The notes under the pieces are model-generated. The model made no database searches. It was not told where the DNA came from and was given only the letters and a program-made list of their open reading frames with translations. A stretch of DNA of 64,000 nt, taken from positions 7,228 through 71,227 of the forward strand of contig JAHFMV010000002.1 of NCBI GenBank assembly GCA_023267655.1, given 5' to 3'. The position numbers and the translations under genes are program-made. Positions 18,451 through 27,105 of the stretch are shown here, piece by piece. Origin of the DNA: Candidatus Kaiserbacteria bacterium. GTDB lineage: Bacteria > Patescibacteriota > Minisyncoccia > Phycocordibacterales > UBA2100. Position 1 is the first letter of the stretch, and each line of letters begins with the position of its first letter.

Positions 18451-18669
18451 GTGGACAAAGCAGAGCGCAGAGAGGCAAGCGAGGCTCTTGAGGCATTGAT
18501 TGTCATCCTAGAAAAGGTCGCGGAGAAGGAGAATTCGAGTCGAATCAGTGTAACCTTGCATTGTACGACGCGCTACGATCTCGAGGTCAGCTTATCGGCT
18601 TACGAGGATCATGGGCAGCGAGGGTTCGAAGTGGTCGAGCTGAAAGTTGTATCAAGAGATGACGATTGA
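18451..18669 (+). CDS. hypothetical protein
   Basis: AAAGGA RBS before GTG at 18451; TTGACA promoter upstream. Confidence 0.5.
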   Translation: MDKAERREASEALEALIVILEKVAEKENSSRISVTLHCTTRYDLEVSLSAYEDHGQRGFEVVELKVVSRDDD

Positions 18670-18719
18670 CGTAATGACGGGTGGGTTGGCGGCGGCAAGC
18701 AATTGCCGCCGTTTTGTGT

Positions 18720-19808
18720 TTATACCAAAAGCCGGACGATATCGTGGTACGTCACCGTCACCATGAGCAGCACGATCAACCCAACACCAATAAAATTCAT
18801 AACTTGCACCGTAAATTTATGCGGCGGGCGGCGGATGATGGCTTCGACAATTAAGAGAAAGAGGCGACCGCCGTCGAGCGCGGGGATCGGGACGAGATTG
18901 ATGACGGCAAGGTTGATTGAAATGAACGCCGCGAGCGCGAGCACGTGACCGAGGCCGTGCTTTGATGCATTGCCGACAAAATCCACAAGGCCGACGGGCC
19001 CGACAACATTTTGTAAATTCGGTTGCCCTGCCGCCGCAGCGCGTAGGAGCGTCCAGAGACCCGCTGCGGTATCTTTGAGCGCTTGCATCGTCGACGGAAA
19101 CGCATCTTTGAGCGCCGGCCCCCATGCGAGCGACTGGTCGGTCACGAGTACAAGCCCAATGCCGATCGCCGGCCTATTGGCACTCTCTTCCACGACCGCG
19201 TGCGCAGGTGTGACGGGCACTGTCGTGACAACATCATTCCTTTTATACGTGACTTCTAGTTGCTTGCCACCGCGCGAGCCGATAAATTGCACGACCTTTG
19301 ACGGTTTTAACTCGGCAGGCTGCCCTGTCGACGCATCTTCCACGCGGATGACCTCATCCCCCGATTGGAGTCCGGCGACTGCCGCAGGAGATCCGTCGAC
19401 AACGGTATTGATGAACAATTGTATGTTCGGCGTTATCGCCTTTCCTTCGGGGATCACGCGCGGAATGCCGACATGGAGTGCTCCAGCAAACAAAAACCAT
19501 GCGACGAGCGCGTTCATCGTGACGCCGGCAACCAGGATGATTGCCTGCGCGTATTTCGGCGCGGCAGCGAAGCTGCCGCGTTGGTGCGTCTCGCCATGCT
19601 CACCCATGAGACGCACGAAGCCGCCAAACGGCAGCCAATTAATGGTGTATTCGGTGCCTCCCCACGTGCCAAAGGTAAAGCCACGCGGCGGATACCCAAT
19701 CCCAAACTCTTCGACTTTCACTCGGAAAATTTTGGATGCGATGAAATGCCCGAGCTCGTGCGCAACGATGAGAAAAACTAATATGCCGAGGACGAGAAGA
19801 ATTGTCAT
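18720..19808 (-). CDS. rseP: site-2 protease RseP (M50, PDZ)
   Basis: HELGH, PFGGFV and NLVPIPALDGG motifs. Confidence 0.95.
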   Translation of the reverse strand: MTILLVLGILVFLIVAHELGHFIASKIFRVKVEEFGIGYPPRGFTFGTWGGTEYTINWLPFGGFVRLMGEHGETHQRGSFAAAPKYAQAIILVAGVTMNALVAWFLFAGALHVGIPRVIPEGKAITPNIQLFINTVVDGSPAAVAGLQSGDEVIRVEDASTGQPAELKPSKVVQFIGSRGGKQLEVTYKRNDVVTTVPVTPAHAVVEESANRPAIGIGLVLVTDQSLAWGPALKDAFPSTMQALKDTAAGLWTLLRAAAAGQPNLQNVVGPVGLVDFVGNASKHGLGHVLALAAFISINLAVINLVPIPALDGGRLFLLIVEAIIRRPPHKFTVQVMNFIGVGLIVLLMVTVTYHDIVRLLV

Positions 19809-19814
19809 GTAGAG

Positions 19815-19923
19815 ATAATTTTCAATTTACAATTCTCAATTTCAAATGAATTTTCAATGATCCGATGTTTGAAAATTGATTCATTGCGATTTGATTGAAT
19901 GGTGAAATTAATAATTGAAAATT
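19815..19923. repeat. AT-rich degenerate heptamer palindromic repeat
   Basis: TTTTCAA/TTTACAA/TTCTCAA units mirrored by TTGAAAA units. Confidence 0.6.
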
Positions 19924-20473
19924 AACTTTTCATTTCATCTTCCTTCTTATTGAAAAGTTTTTCTAGCTCTTCATTACACGTATCCACCTTCTTCTGCATC
20001 TCGTCTTTGAGGCGGAATTTATCATCTTCTGAAATTGTTTTTTCTTTTTCCTGATCCTGGATTTCTTTCCAACATTCATCACGAGCCCCGCGCACGGTCG
20101 TGCGTGCATCTTCTAATTTTCCTTTTGCGAGCTTGATGAGTTGTTCACGTCTCTCGCCCGTCAATTCCGGAAACGTGACGCGTACGCCTGATGCGTCCGA
20201 GCCGACGCCAACGCCGAGGTCTGCGGACGCAATTCCCTTTTCGATGTCTTTAATGATCGACGGATCGAACGCCTGCACCATCAGTGAGCGCGCATCCTCA
20301 ATCCTGATCGTCCCGACTTGGTTGAGCGCCATCATCGATCCATACGCGCTCACTTTCACGCCGTCCAATATCGACGGCGTCGCACGACCGGTGCGCAAGC
20401 CTTGGTATTCACGCGAGAGCCACTCTTTGGATCCGGAAAGTTTCGTATCGAGTGGTTTAAAATCGTATGCCAT
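19922..20473 (-). CDS. frr: ribosome recycling factor
   Basis: LRTGRATPSILD, PELTGERR and ISEDD motifs. Confidence 0.96.
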   Translation of the reverse strand: MAYDFKPLDTKLSGSKEWLSREYQGLRTGRATPSILDGVKVSAYGSMMALNQVGTIRIEDARSLMVQAFDPSIIKDIEKGIASADLGVGVGSDASGVRVTFPELTGERREQLIKLAKGKLEDARTTVRGARDECWKEIQDQEKEKTISEDDKFRLKDEMQKKVDTCNEELEKLFNKKEDEMKS

Positions 20474-20474
20474 A

Positions 20475-20738
20475 TTATTTTCCGAATACTTTCTCCTCTA
20501 ATTTCGATATGCGTGACGTTAGATACTGCACGTCCAAGCGATGCATTTTATTTTCATCACGCTGGCGATACATACCAACCACTTTCATCTCCAAAGCACT
20601 GACGCGACGGTCTAAATTTTGCAACAGGGACTTGACGTCTTTAAATTCGCCACGCATCTCCTCAAATCCTTCGTGTACGGCGATCGCCAATCCTTCGATG
20701 GTCGTTATCTTCTTCCTTGTGGAATGCTTTTTAGCCAT
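20475..20738 (-). CDS. coiled-coil hypothetical protein
   Basis: TTIEGLAIAVHEGF followed by heptad pattern. Confidence 0.7.
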   Translation of the reverse strand: MAKKHSTRKKITTIEGLAIAVHEGFEEMRGEFKDVKSLLQNLDRRVSALEMKVVGMYRQRDENKMHRLDVQYLTSRISKLEEKVFGK

Positions 20739-20750
20739 GCGTGAATTTTA

Positions 20751-21416
20751 TCACAATTTGGACGCGAGGAGCGCGACTTGCTCGAGGAGCGCTTTGAGCA
20801 GTGACCCCTTGTCGGTAGCATACTTTCGCGCGCGGTAGATAGCATGAACGCCCGCATCACGCTCCGGCGTCATCTTTTCCTTCGCAAAGCGCTCCTCGAG
20901 TGATTGCAAAAATGCGAGTACCACGCCAATGTCGCGACCTTCGTCTTCGTCGTGTTCGTACAACGGCTTGAGCAACGTCAGGCGTTTTTCAGCAGACGCG
21001 GCGAGAAAATCATCGGTATCGACAACCATGTCAAGGCGACGCCTTGACGTGTCAGTTTCCAGATTGAGCGTTTGCACCCGCGAGCGGATTGTGGGGAGCA
21101 GCGTCTCCGGCGACGGGACGATAAGAAAAAAGAGTGCGCCCGCTGAAGGCTCTTCGAGTGTTTTGAGGAGTGCATTTTGCGCCTCGGTCGTCATGGAAGG
21201 TACAAACAGCGCAAAGACACGGTGTGCTCCGGAGATGGGTTTTGAGCGTGCGCGAGAGCGGAGATCTTCTGCTTCTTCGACGCCAAACGCGCGATACGAT
21301 TTTCGGAACAGATCGGGACTGTTGCGCGCTATGACTTTTTCTTTTTCGAGCTTGTCGAGCAGCGTCTCCAGCGACTCGGTGGAACCGCGGATAAGGTAAG
21401 CTCCGACGTACTGCAT
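20751..21416 (-). CDS. holB: DNA polymerase III delta' subunit-like
   Basis: MTTEAQNALLKTLEEP and LLPTIRSR motifs; start placed at the second Met (6 nt after a -10 box). Confidence 0.85.
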   Translation of the reverse strand: MQYVGAYLIRGSTESLETLLDKLEKEKVIARNSPDLFRKSYRAFGVEEAEDLRSRARSKPISGAHRVFALFVPSMTTEAQNALLKTLEEPSAGALFFLIVPSPETLLPTIRSRVQTLNLETDTSRRRLDMVVDTDDFLAASAEKRLTLLKPLYEHDEDEGRDIGVVLAFLQSLEERFAKEKMTPERDAGVHAIYRARKYATDKGSLLKALLEQVALLASKL

Positions 21417-21422
21417 GTACAT

Positions 21423-21430
21423 AGTATACT
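21423..21430. promoter_or_regulatory. palindromic bidirectional -10 box
   Basis: AGTATACT gives TATACT on both strands, each 6 nt from a divergent ATG (21416 and 21437). Confidence 0.6.
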
Positions 21431-21436
21431 TGCGCT

Positions 21437-21943
21437 ATGTCAGATCCGCGAGACATCGAGAAAACCGCACTTGCTATAACAAAAGCAGTTGGATCGCCAA
21501 AATCTATCATCGTCCATACAATACTTTTTGCACTTAGTTTCTTTGCGGCGTTTTCCGGGTACATCACCTTTGACCGTATGTTGCTCATCCTCACGACCAT
21601 CGTGTCACTTGAGGCAATCTATCTTGCAATATTCATCCAAATGACGATCAACTATCAGGGTCAGGACATTGCCGAAGTGCAGGAAGATATCGACGAAATT
21701 CAAGAGGATGTCGAGGAAATTAGTGAGGATGTCGGAGAATTGCAGGAAGATCTCGAAGAAATTAGTGAAGATGTCGAGGAAATGAATGTTGAAGAAGAAA
21801 CGGAAGAAGCCGCAGAAGAGCGGCGCAAGGTTGAGCAGCGCGAAACACTCGAGGACATCCAATCAGATCTGCGGAAATTACTTGAAGATGTTGAGCGCCT
21901 GAAGTCGAATCATAAATCGGACGATATGAAGCCGCTCTTATAA
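21437..21943 (+). CDS. DUF1003-like membrane protein with acidic coiled coil
   Basis: LLILTTIVSLEAIYLAIFIQM; EEISED heptads. Confidence 0.8.
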   Translation: MSDPRDIEKTALAITKAVGSPKSIIVHTILFALSFFAAFSGYITFDRMLLILTTIVSLEAIYLAIFIQMTINYQGQDIAEVQEDIDEIQEDVEEISEDVGELQEDLEEISEDVEEMNVEEETEEAAEERRKVEQRETLEDIQSDLRKLLEDVERLKSNHKSDDMKPLL

Positions 21944-21983
21944 AAGGTGCGAGACGGCGGGTATTTCCGGCCGTCTCGGGGTG

Positions 21984-22208
21984 TCAGAGTTTGGGATGGC
22001 ATTTTCGTTTCATCAGTGCGATGCACACCATGCACACGATTATGATGGCGAGCACCACAATGCCTGTCGCAAGTCCGTTTCCCAACCGCGCCTCAAATGT
22101 TTTCTGGTGGAACGGCTCTGTTAAGAACGGAAATGATGCCCACGCAAATGCCATAAGCACCATCGAGCACAGGTACACATCAGTCCAGGTAATCTTGAGC
22201 TTTGTCAT
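21984..22208 (-). CDS. hypothetical membrane protein
   Basis: GGAGG RBS; two TMs. Confidence 0.5.
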   Translation of the reverse strand: MTKLKITWTDVYLCSMVLMAFAWASFPFLTEPFHQKTFEARLGNGLATGIVVLAIIIVCMVCIALMKRKCHPKL

Positions 22209-22265
22209 GACTTCCTCCCAGAAGCTCTTTTCGTCCAGTATTAAAGCACACATATGAGTCCGTGA

Positions 22266-23279
22266 CTACCGCTTGCTGGTGATGGCTTTTTTGTACACAT
22301 CGAGGTGTTTGAGTGCTTCTCCTGTTCCCTTTGCGACGCAAAATTGCGGGTCTTTTGCCATTTGCGCTTTCACACCCGTGCGGCGGAAAATGAGTTCCGG
22401 TAGATTGCGCAGCTGCGACGATCCGCCGGTCATAATGATGCCGTTATCGATAATATCGCTCGCGAGTTCCGGCGGCGTCTCTTGCAGCACGTCTTTGATC
22501 GCGCCTACCATCGTTCGCAATTCTTTTGCCATCGCGCGGACGATTTCGTTTGACGAAAGTTCGACGGAACGTGGCAATCCTGTCAGATAATCGCGGCCTT
22601 TGATTGTCATCGAGAGTTCGTCTTCAATCGGTACCGCAGAGCCGATGCGGATTTTGATTTGCTCTGCCATCTTGTCGCCAACCGCGAGATTGTGATTCTT
22701 TTTTACATAATCGACGATCGAGCGGTCGAGTGAATTTCCCGCACATTTGACCGATGTCGATGCGACGATGCCGCCGAGTGAAATCACCGCGACGTCGGTC
22801 GTGCCACCGCCGATGTCGACGACCATGTGTCCGCGCGCTTCGTAAATGGGAATGCCCGCGCCTATCGCCGCTAGGATCGGTTCTTTGACGACGTACGCGT
22901 GACGCGCTCCTGCTTTTGTCGCAGCTTCCACAACTGCGCGACGCTCTGTCGACGTAACTCCCGCCGGCACGCTCACCATGACTTCCGGCCGAAAGAGATT
23001 CCACTTCCCCAGTGCTTTCCTAATGTAATATCGCAACATCGCTTCGGTCACACGGTAATCGGCGATGACGCCGTCTTTCATCGGGCGATAGGCTTTGATC
23101 GCATCCGGCGTGCGGCCGACCATTTCTTTTGCTTCGTTGCCAATCGCGAGGATACGGTTGTCTTCGACGGAAATTGCGACAACCGAGGGTTCATTTAAGA
23201 CAATGCCGCGCTTGGGGACGAATACGAGGACAGTCGTGGTGCCGAGGTCGATACCGAGTTTGGGAGAAAAGAAAGACAT
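22266..23279 (-). CDS. mreB: MreB/Mbl paralog
   Basis: LGIDLGTTT, EPILAAIG and DIGGGTT motifs; start at MSFFSPK. Confidence 0.93.
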   Translation of the reverse strand: MSFFSPKLGIDLGTTTVLVFVPKRGIVLNEPSVVAISVEDNRILAIGNEAKEMVGRTPDAIKAYRPMKDGVIADYRVTEAMLRYYIRKALGKWNLFRPEVMVSVPAGVTSTERRAVVEAATKAGARHAYVVKEPILAAIGAGIPIYEARGHMVVDIGGGTTDVAVISLGGIVASTSVKCAGNSLDRSIVDYVKKNHNLAVGDKMAEQIKIRIGSAVPIEDELSMTIKGRDYLTGLPRSVELSSNEIVRAMAKELRTMVGAIKDVLQETPPELASDIIDNGIIMTGGSSQLRNLPELIFRRTGVKAQMAKDPQFCVAKGTGEALKHLDVYKKAITSKR

Positions 23280-23414
23280 ACGAAAGGTGTCAGGTTTTAA
23301 GGACAAGGTTCTAGGGAAATACAAAGACGGCTTCGCTATTGTATGCATTTGCGGGGAAAAGAAAAGCGCCGCACAAAATGGCGGCGCTTCGATAGCTTCT
23401 CGTGTTCCGCTGCC

Positions 23415-23735
23415 CTACTTCGGTCGGCACAACATCGCTTTTGCAAGCGACGGACGATTATCCGTGCTTCGCGCCTTACGACCAATTACAACGGCTTGCC
23501 TCTCTCGCTCTGCTTTTGCATCCGCGAGACGCTGATAGTGTTCCACCTGTTCGGTGTGGTATTGAAGTGACAACTGACAATACGGCACCATCGCCGGCTT
23601 ATAGAATGGCGCGTTTGTGATTCGTGCTTGCGCCCTCGCTGCCCGGATGCGATGCCACTCGGCACGTTCAGTCAGATCGAGCTTCATCAAATCTTCTGAC
23701 TCTTGCATTCGTTCCTCCGTCTTCTTACAGAGCAC
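23415..23735 (-). CDS. hypothetical protein
   Basis: 106-aa ORF followed by a terminator-like hairpin. Confidence 0.4.
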   Translation of the reverse strand: MLCKKTEERMQESEDLMKLDLTERAEWHRIRAARAQARITNAPFYKPAMVPYCQLSLQYHTEQVEHYQRLADAKAERERQAVVIGRKARSTDNRPSLAKAMLCRPK

Positions 23736-23786
23736 CTATGTACTCCTAACGCGACACCATACCGTAAAGGGCACAAGAGCGCAATT

Positions 23787-24065
23787 TTATTTTACCACAG
23801 ATTCTTTGTGCTTGCCGGGATTTAATTCGTAAAAAAAGCGCTTGGAAAAATTCCCCGAATCGTCGCACACCCGCTTTAAATAGTACAAATCTTTGGTCGG
23901 GATTTGTTCAAGGATTTTCCCCATCCGCGGCATCGTGATTTTCGGCAATCCATCGCGCATGCGACCCGGATTGATGCGGTCGATGAAATACCGCATCAGC
24001 TCGCCCCGTTCGGTCTCACGGATCCGGGCTTTGGTTTGCTTAAGGTTGAGGGCGATGTGCTTCAT
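23787..24065 (-). CDS. conserved-looking hypothetical protein
   Basis: TERGELMRYF...KDLYYLKRVC...FSKRFF; 92 aa. Confidence 0.65.
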   Translation of the reverse strand: MKHIALNLKQTKARIRETERGELMRYFIDRINPGRMRDGLPKITMPRMGKILEQIPTKDLYYLKRVCDDSGNFSKRFFYELNPGKHKESVVK

Positions 24066-24267
24066 ACCCGGTTAGTACAATTTCGAATTGTTCGTGCCGT
24101 TGCAACATGCGATTACATCGAATGCGGCAGCGCGATTAACAAAGTTTACATTCTCGATAATAGGCCACAGTAAAGGTGATTCGAAATTGTCCTACCGGGC
24201 ATGGGGACATTGTACATTATATCGGGGTGTGTTATAAATGTACGAAGAGATTGAATATTGATTTGGA

Positions 24268-24498
24268 ATCGGACGGGTCGGTATTGCTGCCTCCCCGCCC
24301 GTCCGGTGCTACGCAGACCGCTGCCTGCCCGAAGGAATTGCTGGCCAGCACCTTGGCGCGGAAAGCGTAGGAGGCGAGTGGAAGTGAACTACAATAGCAG
24401 TCGAAGGTATTTGATCGTCCCTTCGGCTCAACGAAGCCAACTTCGCTCGCCTCTTTTTATTCAGCGACCTGACCTCCGCGTCAGGTCGCTTTCTTCTT
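24268..24498 (+). ncRNA. candidate structured RNA upstream of def
   Basis: Stems CGGACGGG/CCCGTCCG and GAGGCGAG/CTCGCCTC + U-tract, then terminator GCGACCTGAC/GTCAGGTCGC. Confidence 0.35.
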
Positions 24499-24624
24499 GA
24501 TAGAATATCTTTGGTACAAGAGACGGCGGTTTGCCGACGGGTTAAACGACAGCCGGCTCGGGCGAGTACCGTTTTACGCGGGCTCGCCCTTCCCTTTTTC
24601 TGGCTGTACTCGTATGATTCGACG

Positions 24625-25179
24625 ATGCGTTCAATAGTACAGACTGGCGATCCGGTGTTGCGGGCAATCGCGAAAGAAATTCCACTCGATCAGATCGGGT
24701 CATCTCGTATTCGCAGCATTATTGCTGATATGAAATTGCTCCTCGGGAAAGAAGAATTTGGTGTTGCGATCGCCGCGCCGCAAGTGGGAGAAAGTCTGCG
24801 GATGTTTGTCGTTGCAGGTTCGGCTGCGCTCAAGCGAAAATATTCGGAGAAAAAGCGTGAGAAAGGAGAAACGGAGGACTACGAAAAGTTCGAAGGGCAT
24901 CCCACAGACGACGAAGCCTACATCAATCCCATTCTCATCAAAACATCCCGCGGAAAAAAAGACAAACACGAGGGCTGCCTCTCGGTGCGCGGCAAGTGGG
25001 GTGAAGTTCCCCGTGCGGAAAAGGCGACGGTACGTGCATATAATGAGCGCGGCGAAAAGTTTGAGCGTGGTGCCTCGGGATTCCTCGCGCATATTTTCCA
25101 ACACGAGATGGATCATCTTGACGGCATTTTATATATCGACAAAGCGACCTCTGTATATGATGATGCAGACAAAAAATAA
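24625..25179 (+). CDS. def: peptide deformylase
   Basis: GVAIAAPQ, EGCLS and QHEMDHLDG motifs. Confidence 0.96.
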   Translation: MRSIVQTGDPVLRAIAKEIPLDQIGSSRIRSIIADMKLLLGKEEFGVAIAAPQVGESLRMFVVAGSAALKRKYSEKKREKGETEDYEKFEGHPTDDEAYINPILIKTSRGKKDKHEGCLSVRGKWGEVPRAEKATVRAYNERGEKFERGASGFLAHIFQHEMDHLDGILYIDKATSVYDDADKK

Positions 25180-25195
25180 GGATGAGGGACAAGGG

Positions 25196-26059
25196 ATGAG
25201 AGATAAGAGGAATGCATTTGCATTCTTTGGAACTCCGGAGCTTGCTGTCGAAATCCTCGATGAACTTGAGGGAGCCGGTTACGTGCCTTCGCTTGTCGTC
25301 ACGATGCCCGATCGAGCGCGTGGGCGCGGTATGGCATTGCGAGAAACGCCTGTGGGTGCGTGGGCGAAAAAGCGAGGTATCGAAGCTCTCAAGCCCGAGA
25401 AATTGGACGATGCGTTTGTCGCAGAGGTTGCCAAGCGCGATCTCCAGTTCGCGATCGTTGTAGCGTATGGGAAAATCATGCCGAAATCGCTGCTCGAGAT
25501 CCTAGTTATGTACAACATTCATTATTCTCTCCTGCCACGATGGCGTGGTGCGACGCCGGTAGAAGCCGCTATCCTCGCAGGAGATGTGGAAACCGGCGTC
25601 GTGATACAGAAAATCGTGCACGAACTCGACGCGGGGCCTATCGTTGCGGTTGAGAAAACTGAAATTGGTGCGGATGAGACCGGCGTTGCGTTGCGTAGCC
25701 GTTTAAACTATATTGCAAAAAAATTACTCGTTCGCATTCTGCCGGAAATACTCGCGGGCAACATGAAACTTGTCGAACAAGACAAAACACGCGCAACGTT
25801 TTGCGGAAAGATTTCAAAAGAGGATGGACTCTTGGATTTTTCCGACGGAGGTGAATTAAATTATCGGAAATTCCGCGCATATTTCGGCTGGCCGGGCGTC
25901 TGCACTTTTTTTGAACGAAGCGGAAAACGGATCCGTACGATCATCGTGAAAGCGCACAAGGACGGCGCACAATTCGTCATCGACATAGTAAAACCCGAAG
26001 GCAAAGGCGAGATGCCGTATGAGGATTTTGTACGTTCTGGAGCAAAAGTTGCACGTTAA
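25196..26059 (+). CDS. fmt: methionyl-tRNA formyltransferase
   Basis: FFGTPE, VVAYG, NIHYSLLPRWRGATP and LDAGPI motifs. Confidence 0.95.
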   Translation: MRDKRNAFAFFGTPELAVEILDELEGAGYVPSLVVTMPDRARGRGMALRETPVGAWAKKRGIEALKPEKLDDAFVAEVAKRDLQFAIVVAYGKIMPKSLLEILVMYNIHYSLLPRWRGATPVEAAILAGDVETGVVIQKIVHELDAGPIVAVEKTEIGADETGVALRSRLNYIAKKLLVRILPEILAGNMKLVEQDKTRATFCGKISKEDGLLDFSDGGELNYRKFRAYFGWPGVCTFFERSGKRIRTIIVKAHKDGAQFVIDIVKPEGKGEMPYEDFVRSGAKVAR

Positions 26060-26184
26060 CGAATTGTACGTTATCGTTGCCGAGGAATGCAAAGTCCGGG
26101 AAGACACCCCGTATTCCCGACGGGACACCAACTCTCCCGGCAAAATCCCAAGGCGTTGCCTCTCGCGCGCCTTGGGGTTCTTTT

Positions 26185-26553
26185 TTAATAACTCCGTATA
26201 TCGCCACGCCGCGCCCATCGTTTGAGACGAGCACCGAGTCGCCGCGCAATTGACGTATGTTTACCTTTATCTTTCCGCAACTGCTGCAGCATTTCATCTT
26301 TGGCGATATCTATCGCTGCATTCACGCTTTCTTCCTGCGCAACAGCATATAGGCGCTCGCCGAAATTCGTGATCACGATTTCTGCTTTCCACACGTCGCC
26401 CTGCTGCGAATGCCCGACCGCGCGGCCGATCTCCACTTCGCAGCGCGCGGCGCTATCGTGCACCAGCCGCTCGAGCGTCGCGATTTTCTCGTCGAGGTAG
26501 GCGGCGGTTTCCGGCGTCATCTCGTAATCACTCGCTTTGATGCGGATTTCCAT
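26185..26553 (-). CDS. hpf: ribosome hibernation factor HPF/RaiA
   Basis: MEIRIKA...YLDEKI...AAIDIAKDEMLQQLRK. Confidence 0.88.
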   Translation of the reverse strand: MEIRIKASDYEMTPETAAYLDEKIATLERLVHDSAARCEVEIGRAVGHSQQGDVWKAEIVITNFGERLYAVAQEESVNAAIDIAKDEMLQQLRKDKGKHTSIARRLGARLKRWARRGDIRSY

Positions 26554-26557
26554 GGTG

Positions 26558-26779
26558 TCATTGTACCACCTCGAACAGTTTTGTCCGCGCGCGCATGCCG
26601 GTGAGAAATTTCACCGATGTCACAGGCACATTGAAATGCTGTGCCACGAGCACCTGCACACGGTCGTTTGCTTCGCTCCTTTCGGCCCGCTCCTTCACCG
26701 CCGCGGTGAATTGGTTTTCGCCCGTCTTCTCAAACCTCTCCTTCTTTGCCTTCGGCGTCACGCGCACTTTGATCCGCAT
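26558..26779 (-). CDS. DUF167 (YggU) protein
   Basis: MRIKVRVTPKAK...AVKERA..EAN. Confidence 0.85.
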   Translation of the reverse strand: MRIKVRVTPKAKKERFEKTGENQFTAAVKERAERSEANDRVQVLVAQHFNVPVTSVKFLTGMRARTKLFEVVQ

Positions 26780-26824
26780 TGCTCCAGTATACAGAATTTC
26801 ATTAAACTGCGCTGAAATATTGAC

Positions 26825-26920
26825 CCCGTTAGAAAACCTCACGATCGACGGTCTGAAGTAAAGTTCGTGCACTTATAGGGTCTTACTCCGGCAAAAAAGT
26901 GGCTTCTTTTTCTAACGGGG
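26825..26920. mobile_element. MITE-like element with CCCGTTAGAAA terminal inverted repeats
   Basis: TIRs CCCGTTAGAAAA/TTTTCTAACGGG; TTGAC duplicated on both sides. Confidence 0.75.
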
Positions 26921-27105
26921 TTGACACGAGTTATTTTTAATTCGCGGTATTTTTGCTCTTGCACGGGTGGTGGATACGAGGTATAGATGTGGGCGTTCCC
27001 GGTTTTCTATCGAAGATTCTTGCTCCTGTAGCAAGAATTTTTTGTTTTAGATCTTTTCGTGCATGGTCTTTATTAGAACATTATTCAGTCCATAGCGCAA
27101 ATCAT

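Noticed and set aside
16001-23279. Two mreB genes as a novelty
   Set aside because: MreB paralogs are common; both look ordinary
24758-25195. N-terminal extension of the fmt ORF (apparent def-fmt fusion)
   Set aside because: Different frame from def, which has its own stop; Fmt motifs begin at 25196
26060-26185. GAGGAATGCAAAGTCCGGG resembling the RNase P RNA GAGGAAAGUCC motif
   Set aside because: Motif is interrupted, the space is too short and the 3' P4 strand is absent; the region ends in an ordinary terminator
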